From: Chrysomallon squamiferum
Lineage: Eukaryota; Animalia; Mollusca
Direction of reading: 5' to 3'
Length of the DNA stretch: 64,000 bases
Assembly (NCBI GenBank): GCA_012295275.1
Contig: CM022673.1
Coordinates: forward strand, 7,936,001 to 8,000,000
Shown here one piece after another: positions 13,201-27,692 of the stretch. Under the pieces are notes generated by a model. That model did not search any database. It was not told the DNA's origin and worked only from the letters and a program-made list of their open reading frames with translations. Both the position numbers and the translations under genes were made by a program. Each line of letters starts with the position of its first letter. The stretch's first letter is position 1.

Positions 13201-13891
13201 GTAAAAAAGCGAAACAGTAATAAAACAATTTCGTTTGAAAGATAATAATTTCCATGTTATTGTGATGTCGTGTCGTCAGACAAATCATTTTTATAAGGAT
13301 GCATGGAGTGTAACATTATCATTTCGTAAGTAATTTAAAAAAAAACGAAAAACAAAACTAAACCAAAAAAAAAAAAAATGTAAAGAAAAAAGAATAAAGA
13401 AACAAATTTCAAAAACTAAAAGAACCAAAACATTAAAAAATAAATAAAAAAATAAAAGTAAAAATCTAGCAAACAAGATCACTATATAATTTACCGAATG
13501 TGAATCTGTATGATATCACAAATATCTCCGTGCATCATCACATTTTAATACATGCAAAAGCAGTTCTATTTTTCAGTACTTATAAGCAAAGAAAGCTTAC
13601 TGGATTACTTTTTGTTCATAGATTTTTTTAGCCGAATGTTCTTTAGATATCCTTTTTAATGATAAACTTTTAATGTAATAATGATCGTGTCAGAATGAAA
13701 CAGACAAATGAAACAAAGCACAGAACTGCAATGTAGAGTAACGACGTGAAATTAATGAAAACAGATTTACAAAATGAAATTGTAGGCTTTAACAGAAAAA
13801 TTAACGAGAATAAATTCTGTATTAGATCAATGCTAAGGTAATAAAAAATTGGATAAAACAAAACAAAAAAAAATAATAAAAAGTAAAAAAA

Positions 13892-13944
<53 letters not shown>

Positions 13945-14029
13945 CAACAAGAAAACTTTGAAAAGAAACTGATTATGGAAGACAAAACAATGCAATAAGC
14001 GGAAAAAAGATAGACACATGAACATGCTC

Positions 14030-14546
14030 ACACACACACACACACACGTATTAGTATACATGTATATGTTCACAAGTATACACGAATTCTAATTCTCTAT
14101 GAATACTAATGTGTGAATGTGTGTACATTTATATATATATATATGAATATAATTATGTGTGCGTCCCGGCGTGTTTACACACACACATACATAGAGACAC
14201 AGGCAACAAACACGCATGCACACATTTATATAGATATTTATATATGCTTGCATTTATGTATGTGTATTTGTGTGTGTATGTGTGTTTATGTATGTAAGAC
14301 TAAATTACGTGTATGTATTTATGTGTGTAAGTGTGTGTTTGGAAATGTATACGAGTATATAAAAACATGCATAAGCACACATATATACACACACACAAAA
14401 ACATGAACACAAATATATAAATACATTTACGTAATATCTATTTATTTATCTATCTATACAAATATGCACACATATATAAACAAACATGCATACACACTAT
14501 ATACACTGTAAATGTATATATGTATACATGTGAATTTGTGTTTGTA

Positions 14547-14596
<50 letters not shown>

Positions 14597-14735
14597 GCTT
14601 TGTTGGACTAAAAACATATACATAAGCAAGTGCGTGCGCGCATACACACACACAAAACCCACATAAATACACTTAAATGAGTGTGTATATATATATTTGC
14701 ATGTATGTATGTGTGTGTGTGTGTGTGTGTGTGCT
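14030..14735. repeat. compound (CA/TG/TA)n low-complexity microsatellite field
   Basis: Alternating purine-pyrimidine runs that give rise to spurious C/V/Y/I/H/T-rich ORFs. Confidence 0.85.
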
Positions 14736-15145
14736 TTCCTTTATTTTTTTTTTAAATATATTATTTTATAATATATTTTTTTTATTTCTGGTGTTTAGTA
14801 TCTACTTACCTAAATACTTACCTGAACTGACTATTTCTCAAAATTCCATTAATAATTGAAATTAATTATAAATTTACAGAAGTCGATAAAAATGTTAAAC
14901 ATTTCGGATTAAATAACAACAACAACAACAACAACCAACCAACCAAACAAAAACAACAACAAATAAATAAATAAATAAATTAATTAATTAATAATTTTTT
15001 CATGAATTATTACTTTTTCCACTTGAAATTTATCTTAAGAAGAAAATTAATTTACAAGGTAGTTTTAGTGTACCTAATTTAGAAAGCATTCAAGGCCTAA
15101 CCTTCTGGGTTAATCGTTTGATTACTCCAAGGCCTGCTACTACAA

Positions 15146-15768
15146 TGTAAACATCACATTACTTTACATTTCTATCGTTGACGTCAAATTTATGCCGCCA
15201 AGACGGACGTAAACGAGGTCACAGTTCAACATTTGACGTCAAGGCGTTCAGCGACATGGAGTTCTGTTTCTGTCGGATGAAATTACATTAATTATAATTT
15301 TACTATAAATGTATTATATGAAACTGCACGGAAATATTATGAAAAATGTTTTAGTTTCAGGTTGTAGTGATTTTGTAAATTAAAATTCACTGAATATCTT
15401 ATAGTTATGAAAATGTCAAGGATAGCGAACGTTTTCCATAATATGTTTTTATGTTAATATTTTGTTATTTCTTTATTCATTTTGAGTCACAGTAATTGTA
15501 ATTGCACAGTAGCATGCCTAAAAGATGTGTGATAAAATAAAATGTCCAATCTAAAACGATAACAAGATTAGAAAAGATTTTACAATCGTACCTATCGAAA
15601 TTGACTAATTGGCCCGATCGTTACTTTCCGTTATTCACTCGGAACTCCTCGACAGACCACAAATCGTACGGTTACAAAATATTTATTTGTTTAACATTAT
15701 ATGGGTAAAAACCTAAATTGCAAGATACCGACAAAACCCCAAAATAATTTAATAACTAACTAATGAAA

Positions 15769-15799
<31 letters not shown>

Positions 15800-15997
15800 C
15801 CACAAAGAATCAATGTATGACAAATGAATTTGTTGGTAACGAACAGTTTCATTGTGCCCAACCCAGAATTAGTAATAAATAAAATATATTTCCTATCAAC
15901 TATCGAACCGTGTAAATTTATTTTCTGATTCGGGTAGCACATTCACCCCCGGGCTGTGAAAGTAAGTAATTGATAAGGCTTGTCACAATGACGTCAT
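15146..15997. promoter_or_regulatory. putative enhancer/promoter: three perfect CRE palindromes, a DR1-like element and a forkhead site
   Basis: TGACGTCA at 15179-15186, 15234-15241 and 15989-15996. AGGTCAcAGTTCA at 15216-15228. TGTAAACA at 15146-15153. Confidence 0.4.
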
Positions 15998-16135
15998 CTT
16001 CAAAGAAATCTGCGCAGAAATAAACTAGACTACCATCCGTGGTTAATTTACTATAAACACGTTGTCAAACCATAGCTTATTAGAGCAGGGTTGGGCTGTA
16101 TAACCTTTTAATTATATATTATTAATTCATTCAGA

Positions 16136-16187
<52 letters not shown>

Positions 16188-17762
16188 TTATGAAAAAAGA
16201 TCGTATGGAAAGCTAACAAATTTTATCAAAAAATTAATCGATCGAATGTGGGCAGCTCCAGCTAAATATATATGATAGTTTTGTCGTAAAATAATAAAAG
16301 CATTGCCGTAAAAGCGCGACACACACACACACACACTGTAATAAAAGGCGCTAATTATGATGATGATATGGATAGTTTGAAAGGCTACTTATGTTTCGAA
16401 AGAAAGTTAATATCAGTAAATACAATTTTAGAATTTATCATGATGTATGAGACTAATTTATCATCATAGTATTTATTTTATTATTGAGTTCACTGAATTT
16501 TTTTTTTTTTTTTTTTTTTTTTTTGAAAATGTCATTTCAGATTAATTTATGGATATATAATAGCCATTATAGTATGCATATAAAGAAAAATGAAAAATGA
16601 ATTACTTATACCTCATTGTCAGTAAAGAAGAAAAAAAAGTATATCTATATATATTCATGTTATGATCTTTTGATACTAAACAATATAATTTAATTTTAAT
16701 CTTTTTTATTATTCATCTATTGACACACACGTACAAATAATTGAAGCAAGAAAGAAAGAAAAAAAAAAAAAGAAAACAAACGTGAACGAAATATTAAAGT
16801 CTACAACAATAAATGTTTGTCTTGACAAAAACCAGCCTTTCAATATTTTACTATGAATATCTTCTTGCGCCCTTAGTAACTGAAGTATCCATATAAATAA
16901 AAGATTACTGTTATTTTGGTTCCAGGTGGTAATTACAAAAATAATAAATGAATCAACTAAATAAATAAATAAATAAATAAATATAAATATAAATACAGTT
17001 CATTCTGAACTTGAAAAATGGTTGTTAACGATAATTGAAAGGCAGTAAATAAATTCTACTTATAATTAAATACATTCGTTAAAAAAAAAAGGCGGAAAAC
17101 TGATTGTTGAATTTACAAGCACAAGTCTTAAACAAATATTTACCTCAAACTGATAACAAATCAACACCACATAACTGTTGTATAAATTTACATGTACAAC
17201 ATAAGATTAAGCAAATGACCGAAACGAAAAAGTACATAATAAGGTAGACAACTGCTTTATATATTCTGATAGCAGATTTGTTTCCCTTGTATAAACTTCA
17301 TGTAGTACAGCTGATGATACTGTATATTATTTAAAATAATTTAGACTTAAAGTAAGACTGACCATATATTGTAAAGTAATGTAGAAAGATTTCTGCTGAT
17401 CTTCACAAAAGTTATCATGTTTTCCTGTACAAATCTATTTAAGAATACATCTTATTCATAATGAATTGACAGTGATAACCAAATATATCATGTAGAAATG
17501 TTCACAAAACATTTTTGTTTTTTGTTGAGAATTTCCTAAGAAATTGACTAATTCAGGCACCATTAATGTAAAATTAGCATCATTTAAAGACAAAAAGTCA
17601 CTCATAATTTTTGATGGAAGTCAAACTTGGTATATAATTCATATTCTACATATAGTAATCATTTTCTGACATTTTCTGATGGTGCTGACACTAGTTTATT
17701 TCAAAGGGTGATCTTCAGTTTATTTAAAAATAACACTTGAATAAGTTTTTCAACATAACTGT

Positions 17763-20538
17763 TTACATCAGTGCAAGCTGGTACATAAAATCACTCCACC
17801 ACTGTTTTTCAGCCAAACTCAGAACTTTGCCCTGAAATGCAAATAACTGAAACTATTATTAATTACATTTAAACAATTGAGTAACAATTAAATTTTTAAG
17901 TATTAAACTTATTTAAACAATACAAATTTTAATCTGTTATAGAAACAGAACTTTAAGCTGTAAAGTTAAATGACTTAAATTTGATAATGAATATGAATAT
18001 GCATTTGTTTGTCTTTCAAATCAGTTTTATCAAAAAGAAAACACAAACCTCAACTGTTTCCTTAAATTCTTGTAGCTTCTGTTTAGTGGTGGTTGTTTTC
18101 TCACAGTTCTGTACACATTCATGTTGTAACAGTTTTGTTATAGCGTTTGTTAACAAGGAAATGTCATCTTCTGAACCGAGTGCTGAAACCAGAGCAAAAA
18201 TATTATACTATATGAAGAGAATTTTGTATTCAATTTGATATGAGAAAATACCTAGCCTGGAGCTGTTTTTTTTTGAAACCTATAAACTATTTTCATAACA
18301 TCACTCTGTGAGAATTGGCTTTACTGCAAGCTATTAATCTGTTACTGTGACTGAACAGTCCGTTATAATCTGTAAAATGTTATGTAATATGGCTCAGAAT
18401 ATGAAACTAAAGCATTTTATGAAGCTTTAATATTGAATAATATGAACATCTCGAAGTTAGTACACTCGCACTGAAATCTTCACACACCAAAACCTTTTTT
18501 TTTTAAACTGCATTAAATATTCAGAACTCTGCTTATAATGTGGACTGACTCCTGAACTGGGTGAAAACCTCATATAAAAAAATAAAAAATAAAAATAAAT
18601 AATACTCACAAGTCAGAAGATTAACAGCTTTCTGTAAAAACATACTGAATGTTTCATTTCCAATTAACAAACAATTACTGCAGCAAGTCAACAAGACATT
18701 TTTGTCTTCAATACTCAAATTATCACTCATTTCTTCCTGACTTGTCAAATCATAAACCAGTGACAGACACAGTTTTACAATAATGTTCTGCCATTGGTCA
18801 GTTTGATCATGTGACATAAACTGGTTGCTGGTGGTCAGAATTCCATATACAGTCAAAATGGAAATGACATTGTGACATTCCTAAAGGGGAAAACAAAAAA
18901 AGGAATGCTGAAAACTATAAAGATAATTTCAAATTATAAAACACTTAGATTTATTTGTGATAGTTATTTAACATATAGAGAGATAATTTGAAAGTGTATT
19001 TAAAATAAATTGAACTTTGGCATCTTAAAACTTATTTTCATTTAAAAATGAGTAACAAATGTTTTTAGTACAGGAACTAATTATTTTTCAAAAAATTCAA
19101 ATGTAGCTTGATTTGTTATTGGTGATTTGAAACTTTCTCTAGTTATGTTTGTGATTATAGTAAGATAGCAGAAATGCTAACCAGTAATTTAGTCCAGAAA
19201 TACTCTGTCAGAGAAGCCAGTTCTTTCTGGTGAGGCAAGTGGTTCATCTGATTTGTAACATGCTGTGTAAGACAAAAAAATTATTTAATTTTTTTTTATT
19301 CAACAAACAAAAACAAAAATATATCGAAGTATCTAAACATTTCAAATATCGGAGGCTAGAATAATTTTCTTCTGGGTACCAGTTAGAAAAATGATAACTT
19401 GAAATATGGTATTTTAATAACAGTACAAACTGAACAAAATAAAAATAAAAGCAAATAAAATCTATTAACTCAACCTGAACCACTGAGAGATGCTTGTCCC
19501 ACTTTTCCTTTGTGACCGACCAGTAAATTCCATACAGACTGTACGAGCTGAAGTCGTTTTCTTCACCAACAGCAGCCAGCCTTTCACTGGTAACTCCTGT
19601 AACAAAATATTCCAATTTACTGTTGAATTTAATAGGACAAGATTATATAATTATGTTTAGCTTAAATTACTGAATTTGTACGTGCATGAATTTTGTTTAT
19701 TTTGTTCATGATTTGCCCATGTGCATGTACTGTTGGTAATGTGCTCGTGTTTCTGAGTATGTGTGAAGGGATGTGTGTGTACAAAATGCATGCTGTCTGT
19801 TATGGACAGTAATGCTACGTAGATTCTGACAACTGAGAGACAGGCCACACAATGGAGTTCTCTCAACACTCACCTGTTAACAGAGTCATCATAAAGGATA
19901 TGTAATTGGAATCCTCTGCTTGGTCTTTCTTATCTGCAAGTTGCAGATATCTTTAAAAAGAAATTAACGTATCAGAAAAAAATTAATTTACAGTCTTGTC
20001 ACACAGTAATCAACTATTTAAGAACTTTTTAAAAGAGTGGGAGATCTAGTATTATTTTGACTTGGCAATAACATTTTTATCATCATCTGGTTTTGTATTT
20101 AGCATGTAACCAGTGACTGCATCATTTAATATATCTTCACTTATCTAAAAGCATAACAGTAAAATAATGAGCTTGTGAAGTAGTAATTTATTGAAAAATC
20201 ATCAAATAAAAAGTGTCAAATAACACAACAAATGTCATACTTGGGAGCATGTTGATTCGACAGGCTTATCTGTCTGTAGGTAAAAGTTCAGTATACTCAC
20301 CTATGATGGATGATGTCTAATACATACAGACTGACCTCACTGTCTGTCTGATCATCAAGCAAAAACCCACACAAGGATTTTAATAAACCGGGTTTCAGTG
20401 TTGGAAACCAGTATAAGATCTCTAACAGACTGTTTTGTATAACAGATTTACAATTTACTAAACTACCTGTGTTAGGATCTGGAAAAAACATAAAAAAGAG
20501 ATAATAATATGTTAACATGAGAAAGACATGTAAATGTG

Positions 20539-20572
<34 letters not shown>

Positions 20573-23500
20573 TTTTTTTTTTTTTTTTTTTTATTTGGAA
20601 TATATTAATATAACAGTATAAAATAATAGTTTGTGGAGTATTAACTTTAATGTTTGAAAATAAAATTAAAAATCCCTAAATGTTTGAGATGCCATGTTGG
20701 TTTTCAGTGATTAACTTATACTCCAGGGTTTCTTGGGATTAAATAATGTAATAATAAAAAGAAAATACTCATGCATGCTCATTAATTTGTTATTTTACTG
20801 TCATACAGAATCAACAGACTGGTTACTAGAAGAAAAAAAAACATATAAAAAAAAAAAAAAAACGTGCAGATATCTCAAATGTATTTAGCCCTTTACTATA
20901 TGCACTGAACATCTTTAATTATTAATAATAAATCAGATAAATATTTAAAAGATAAGAAAATATGCTGATACCTAACAAGTCAATGAAAACATCTTCCAAG
21001 CTGGCAAACACTGTGGAACATTTCTTGCAAGCAGCTTGTTTCATCACAGACATGATGACTGTTGACATTTCATCGTTTTCTTTTATCACTACTGAAAGCA
21101 ACTCGGGCAATGATTTCAAAAATCTCTCCATGACATTCCGAGGCCTGTAAGTGTAACAAGACAATTCTGGATTAATGATTATCTTTATTTTATGAAAGTA
21201 AGACTGGAAAAGGAATTTTCTAAATGTTAATGAAGGATGGTGCATAAAACTGTCTATAACTTATAACTTTGTTTATATTACTGCTGTTAGTCAGTTTGAA
21301 GTTGCACTAATTGTAATCATGAAATTTAAAAATTTTGCCAGTTAGTAACATGCATTTTTGTTCTTCCTAAATGATACAAATCATGTGCAAATGGTTTTCA
21401 ATTTGTATCTTAGTGTAGCTGCATATGGAATTCCATTCTGGAGTACTGGCCCCTAACTTTTAGTCTTGTTTATAGTAATAATTAGTAATAAAGTATCTGT
21501 CACTTTAATAAAATATGAAGAGTGGTGTTGTTAAAAGGGAAGCAAGACAACAACTGTCTTTTCAACAAGTTTATAATTCTCTATAGTTTATAGTTCGTTT
21601 ATTTTTTTTTTTTTGTCACCAGGCCTTGGAACAACTTTCTTGATTTGTGATGTCATGTTAGCTTTGCTCTCCATTGAAAAAGAATTGGTTAGCAAGTTGG
21701 ATTAAAATAAAGTAACTGATTACATTTAGAGATTTAGGAATTCATTGTAAATACAAAATAAAAATAAAACATATTTGGGGGTACATGTCATGGTATATTT
21801 CATTTATGTGTTCATTTTCCCAAACTTTAGAACCCGGCTACACCCATGAATGTGAGAAATTATTCTTATAATTAAACATCTTCAGAAACACAGAAGTTCA
21901 AGTAGGTGTTATCTCAGAAAAATAATTTGACAAAAATGCTGCAAGTATCTTTGTCTAGGTTATATAATATTAATAATTTCAGTACCATACAAACACAGTT
22001 TGGGAATGATAAAGTAGCTGATCAGAGAAAAGATTAAGGAAGAGTTTCTTTTCAGTTGACAAGGGATGACAACTGAGATAATACTGCAGAGATTCTTCAA
22101 GCAGTTGTGAGTCATTTCCTGAAATAACAATAAAAAACAACAATGCATTGGATACTGTCTTATAAAATACATTACAATACCAGCACTCTGAAGCATTAAT
22201 TTGAAACTAAGTGAAAAGTTATGTAAAAGTAAAAAGTTATGATCTGTCCAAATTGCTTGTGTTAAAATAAGAAAAAGAAAAAAGAATGAATAACGTTTGG
22301 TGTGAAAAATTCAAGTGAAAGTATTAGCTGCTTTATACTGTGAATTATATATTTGTACTAATGGGATATTAAAGATACACTAAATAATCAGTATCTTGAA
22401 CTTGCTGTTTTTCACAATTCAGTAAAGCTTAATTTATTTTCATGAAACATGGAAAATGTATATACCTAGTGAATTAGTTTCCACCATCAACTTTTTAATT
22501 ATTCTGATGACAACTCTAATCTGGTTTGCATCCAGTTCCCTCCCTTTCAGACAGGAAGTGACATAATCACAGATCTGTGCTATCCATTTCATCTTCACAG
22601 AAACTGCAGAATTGCCAACAAAATAAGACATAATATCACATATAGCCAAATTTAATGTTTCCACAGGAACCTGAAAAACAAGGATAAAGAAAATTATATA
22701 TAAGAATACATTACAAATAACAATCCACATATCAGAACATTCTATATTTCTACAGAGGAGTCTTTCTTGGAATGGGAAACATACTAATTTTATGACTCAC
22801 AATAATTCAGGCAACCACTCTGAGCTGCATGTTATGTTTTCATACTCCTCCCCAAAAATAAGGAATAATTTTTTTTTTTTTTTAAATGGACTCATGGAAT
22901 ATCATATAAACAGAAAATTCAAATAACCTTACCACAGGGAAATCATGTTTGGCTTTCTTTGGTGGATGCATTGTTTCATGAACTGCATATGGAAAGCTTG
23001 ACAAGAAATATTTGTCAAAATCTTTGAAGAATGAAGCCAGATAAGAAGAAATCTGAAAAACAAAACCAAAAAAAACAAACCCACATTTACCAATTATAAA
23101 CTAAATAGATACAATTAATGCAGCCAATTCATTTTTATTAGATTTATAGCAAAAATAAAATAAATTTTAATAGGGCTTGAAATTATACTATGATGTATTA
23201 TGGAATGCTGTGTTTGTTGGGTTTTCTTGTTTCAGCAACTGGTTAAGATACCTTACACTCACACTAAAAATTACCTTTATGAGTATGTTTGAATATATTA
23301 ATATATATAACACAAATATTTCAGTGCACTTTACTAAATAAATATATGAACTTGGCTACAAGGTTCCATGTTGTCTGTGTCCAGAATCAAAATTAACAGG
23401 TAAAACTAAATTATTCTGTTGTATGTACATCTTTAAAAAGTATTATTTTAGAAATACTATAACGACTTTGAATATATCACTTACACTGTCGTCATGGCAA

Positions 23501-26032
23501 TGGTCTCTTTGGGCAACCAGAGATTCCCACAGCAGTTGTATCACACTAGCTATTGTCAACATCACTGACATTACATTCTGTTGCACGATACTACCTGAAA
23601 TATGAAGAGATTTAGTTATTACATATTTCTCCTTTTTAGTCTGCATTATTTCATATTTAACACTATTGTTTAAAAAATAAAAAAAATAAAAATTCTTAAA
23701 TCATGTCATACATAATTATTTATACTACTAATGAATACAAAAGATAGAAAATATTCTCCCATTTTGATTCAACTTTTATTCTGCTGTTATTTATATTCTT
23801 AAATGTATACATTGTAATGACTAGTGTAAATGTTTTGTGTATATGAAATGTGAATTTTATTTCATTATGGTTGTATGTATATACCTGTGTGTGTTTGTTT
23901 TCACCTGTCTGTTTCTCTAAATGTTAATTTAAGCAGATTATTAAACTATTAGATAACAATGGAATATCAATAACAGAAAATATAAAAGAGCATATATTAT
24001 TATATAATTTTTCTTATGGTTTCAGCTGTGCTGGATAGTTCTCAATTCTTCCAGGCAATCTTTTTTTAAACCTGAACTCTATTCAAATTTGCAAAGCAAA
24101 ATTTATACCTACTGAATTGGAAATTAAAAAACAAACTTGTCCTGAAAATGAGTGTGAATACTTTTTTAATTGGCTTAATATTTTTTGTACTGTCATCTTC
24201 TTAACTGCAAAAGTTCTGTATTACAGACTCTTTTTTTTCCTTTTATTAAGGAAGATTAAACCACACAAACCCAATGAAAAAACACTACTTAAAATAAAAA
24301 AAGTTTTTTTTTTACCTGAATCACTGCTGTTGTTGTCCATTGTAGGTCGTGACTCCATCCAGCATTCTATAAGCAGTGGAACCAAGATGTCTGCATATTT
24401 CTTTATATTATATTCATGGTCTCCAGATGAAACTGACTTGTTACTGGTACCTGTTATCAAGGTTCTGTCACTTCTAAAATTAATAAATAAATGCTTTTCT
24501 AAAAATGTTTCTGTTTAAATAAAATATTAACCAATTTTCATACATCATTTTTAAAATAAAAATAGTTTGATTATATGTTCAAGAAAACAATAAAATTATG
24601 CAAACAACAACAACAAAAAATAAATAGGTATTCAGATAAATAAATAAAGAAAGAAAGAAAAAAACAATCCATTGTTAAAAAGGACTGATATGCTTACTTT
24701 GAATGAAAGTGATAAAAATAAATATAAATTAAAATGTTACCCAAGAACAAATCCAGGAGAAGCCCATGAATTGATTACATAAGAAGGAAAGATCTGTTTG
24801 GTCTCTGAAGAAGGCTGCCACCTTATAACACTTTCAGTCTTTTTATCTTCTTTTGAATTTTGTGCTCTCAAAGTCAACATTGCTGTCAGTAATTTATGCA
24901 GTCGAGCTAACACCCCAGAGCGCCATTTATGAACTGAAATTCTGCTGTTTGGCATTACTGTCAACGAACGTCCAGAATCCATTCTGTTTCCAAGACCCTT
25001 AGAACGACCTGTGACTCGATTTCTCGAAATTTGCTCAATAAAATTTGGCAGTATCTGAGTGGAATTATTTGTTACTAAATCTGGATAAGTTTCCAAAAGT
25101 AGATCAAATATATTTAAAGAATCTTTTTGAATGTCTTCATAAATGTGTGTCATTGCACAGCAGAGATGGGCACTCAACAGAGGAAAAAATGGTGACAGCT
25201 GACTGGAAGATACGAAAGAAAAAATAATTTTCAAAAGTCTTATAACAGCTTGGCGAACTGCAGAATCCTTATCTGTGAAGAGCTGGGATATTTTTTCAAA
25301 CATAGCTGACAGATGTAAAGGAACAAGATGTGGATGTAGAGTTATAATCTCCTTCAATCCTGAGACAGCTTCGTGACGAACGCCCGAGTTGTAATGCTGA
25401 CACTGTGTGAGTAGTTCCTATATTAACAAGAATAAATCATCTTTAAAGTTTAACTCTATACTGAGTTGTTTTTAAATAAATAAAAAAATATATCTCCCAA
25501 CCAATGAACATGCAAAATAATTTATCTCCAGTTTAACTTTAAGCTCTGCAGAAAAAGTGTTCACTAAAAACTAAAAATAACATTAATGTTCATTCATTAT
25601 AATTATTATTATTTTTTTTAATGATTTCTGTTGGCTTAAGACCTCTGATCACCAACTTACAAGTATAAATAAAATCATTTAAAAGATTCAAAGTAGACTT
25701 TAACTTGTATCTTATATGGCTAACTTTCTTTTTATCTAAACAATCATATCATCATTAATAATCCCAAACAAACAAGAATAACTGCTTCAATAATTGTCTG
25801 ATTTACTTAAATTATATGAGAAAATTATTTATTAAAAGGAAAAAAAACAAACCTTTATATTAAGTTTTCGGTGTGTACTAGGTTCAGAGCTTTCTCCTTT
25901 TAGCTTCTGGACAACTTGAATAGTTCTTGTCTTGAAACAAGTGTTTGTAACATTTTGACCTTTTGGTAATTTTTTACCAACTTTGAACTTTACTTTTTGA
26001 AAATCTTTCTTTTTCTTCTTTGTCTTAGACAT
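17763..26032 (-). CDS. TEX10: testis-expressed protein 10 (Ipi1 homologue, rixosome/pre-60S processing), ~895 aa, 15 coding exons
   Basis: Exons 26032-25853, 25417-24741, 24473-24316, 23594-23485, 23052-22933, 22670-22466, 22118-~21986, 21144-20972, 20478-20301, 19950-19874, 19596-19475, 19262-19182, 18880-18610, 18182-18049, 17831-17763. All are GT-AG and phase-consistent. N-terminus MSKTKKKKKDFQKVKFKVGKKLPK..NVTNTCFK and the Ipi1_N signature HLCCAMTHIYEDIQKDSL are characteristic. Confidence 0.93.
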
Positions 26033-26499
26033 GTCTGTGTATCTGTGAATGTGATAAACATATTATCATCATATAGATATATATATAATTTTGAATAATA
26101 TTTGTTTAAGAAATGCTGAACATTTTAATATCTATAGTTATTAGTATATATATATATATATATTTAAATATTGTTTAATACTGCTGTGGTCCTAGTTTCC
26201 ACACTGCGTTAGAAAAGCAGTAATTCGGAATTACCAGTTTTAGTGTACTAAAATATATTAAATTGTGTATAACTTTTCTTAAAACAAAGTTACAGGATGT
26301 TACAAAGAATATAAATTGTGATTTTTGTACTTTGAATAATAATAATAATAGTAATTTACTAATTATATTAATAATAATAATAAAAAAAAAAAATAAATAA
26401 ATAAATAAAATATTAAACAACTTATTAACTATTAATATAAGAATAAAAAAAACTGTTTTATTATTGTTCTTATGTTAATGTAAGTTTCATAAAAAATAC

Positions 26500-26900
26500 C
26501 TAAAGCCAGAATACAATTAATAAAGGTTTCTTCTTTCTTTCCGACTAGGTTATAATTTAGGATGTAAACACGTTTCTCGTGGACGCAGCCATTTTTATTT
26601 TTCGTTTAATTTCCTCTCCAAGTCATGAGCACTGTCTAAATATAAAAATCAGAGAAAAAACTAAACATATATAAACAGTATATCTTAACAAAAAGACAGA
26701 CAGAAAGAGAATTATTTACATGTAAAAATCCACGAGGACTACCATGTTAATATAAAAAGCATACCAAAGAATATCATGGATTTAAAAGTATAGACTAATA
26801 GGAAACATTTAAATCGGTATAGCAAAAATAACATAATTCTCAAATCTCGCGAGATTTTGACGCGGCAGAAAAACAATAACAACATGGATATTACATGGGT
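26500..26900. promoter_or_regulatory. bidirectional promoter between TEX10 and SLC50A1
   Basis: Local CpG island. YY1-like GCAGCCATTTT at 26585-26595. 16-bp palindrome AAATCTCGCGAGATTT at 26842-26857. Probable non-coding TEX10 exon 1 ending at 26500. Confidence 0.7.
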
Positions 26901-27692
26901 TTAGGATTTGTATTCGTTAGCACCATATTTATTATAACTTGTATTTTATTTTAGGTAGGCGTGTACAATCTGTGTACACAGGTAAATTAACAAGCATATA
27001 TTTGACTAAGGCATGTTATATCCTGCGAATGACACCATCGTCTAAGCAGAGAAGTGCTAGTTTTTTTAATTTTATATTTTAAAATGATACCTTTTTTTTA
27101 AAAAGTCATAAATCCATACAAACCAAATTAATTTTAATCAGTTTTCTCATACTATCTATTTCTATATGTGTAGGGATAAAGTGTGTTATATATTTGTATT
27201 TAGAAGTATGTGTATAAAACTGTTAACTTGATAACATGAGAATGTTCTAACGAGGTCTCATTATTTAGAGACATTTACGATTTAATAATTCATTATAACA
27301 TCTGTGGCATTATTGCATACACATACTTTATATGTTATCATTTTCTTCTCTAGTACATAAAAATTAATAATTGAAGATTTCTAAGGCAGTGTAAGAACAT
27401 CTTTAAGGAAGGTGATTTGTTACTCCTTTGTAGTAACTGGCAGTAAAAAAAAATTCATTTTCAGTCATACTGTATGATAATATAAACATAAAAAATATGT
27501 AGCAAAACCTTTTTTTTTCTTGGTCGGTATAAAGTAACATTTCATCAAATTTTTTATCTGGGTTAAGAAATCCTATTATAAGTATAGTAAATGAAAATGT
27601 CTCCATGTAAGTCAATTATAAATAACTATACAATGATGTTTTCCAATCCAGATTACTTGAAAAGAAATTTTGTTTTGCCATTTTAGAATTAG

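Noticed and set aside
11078-14859. Poly-L/C/V/I and CVCV/YIYI ORFs (also at 34236-36587, 60922-61107, 63357-63697)
   Set aside because: These are translations of microsatellites.
18251-18369. AG/GT-bounded segment in the TEX10 intron as an extra exon
   Set aside because: Stops in all three frames, and the flanking exons already join in phase.
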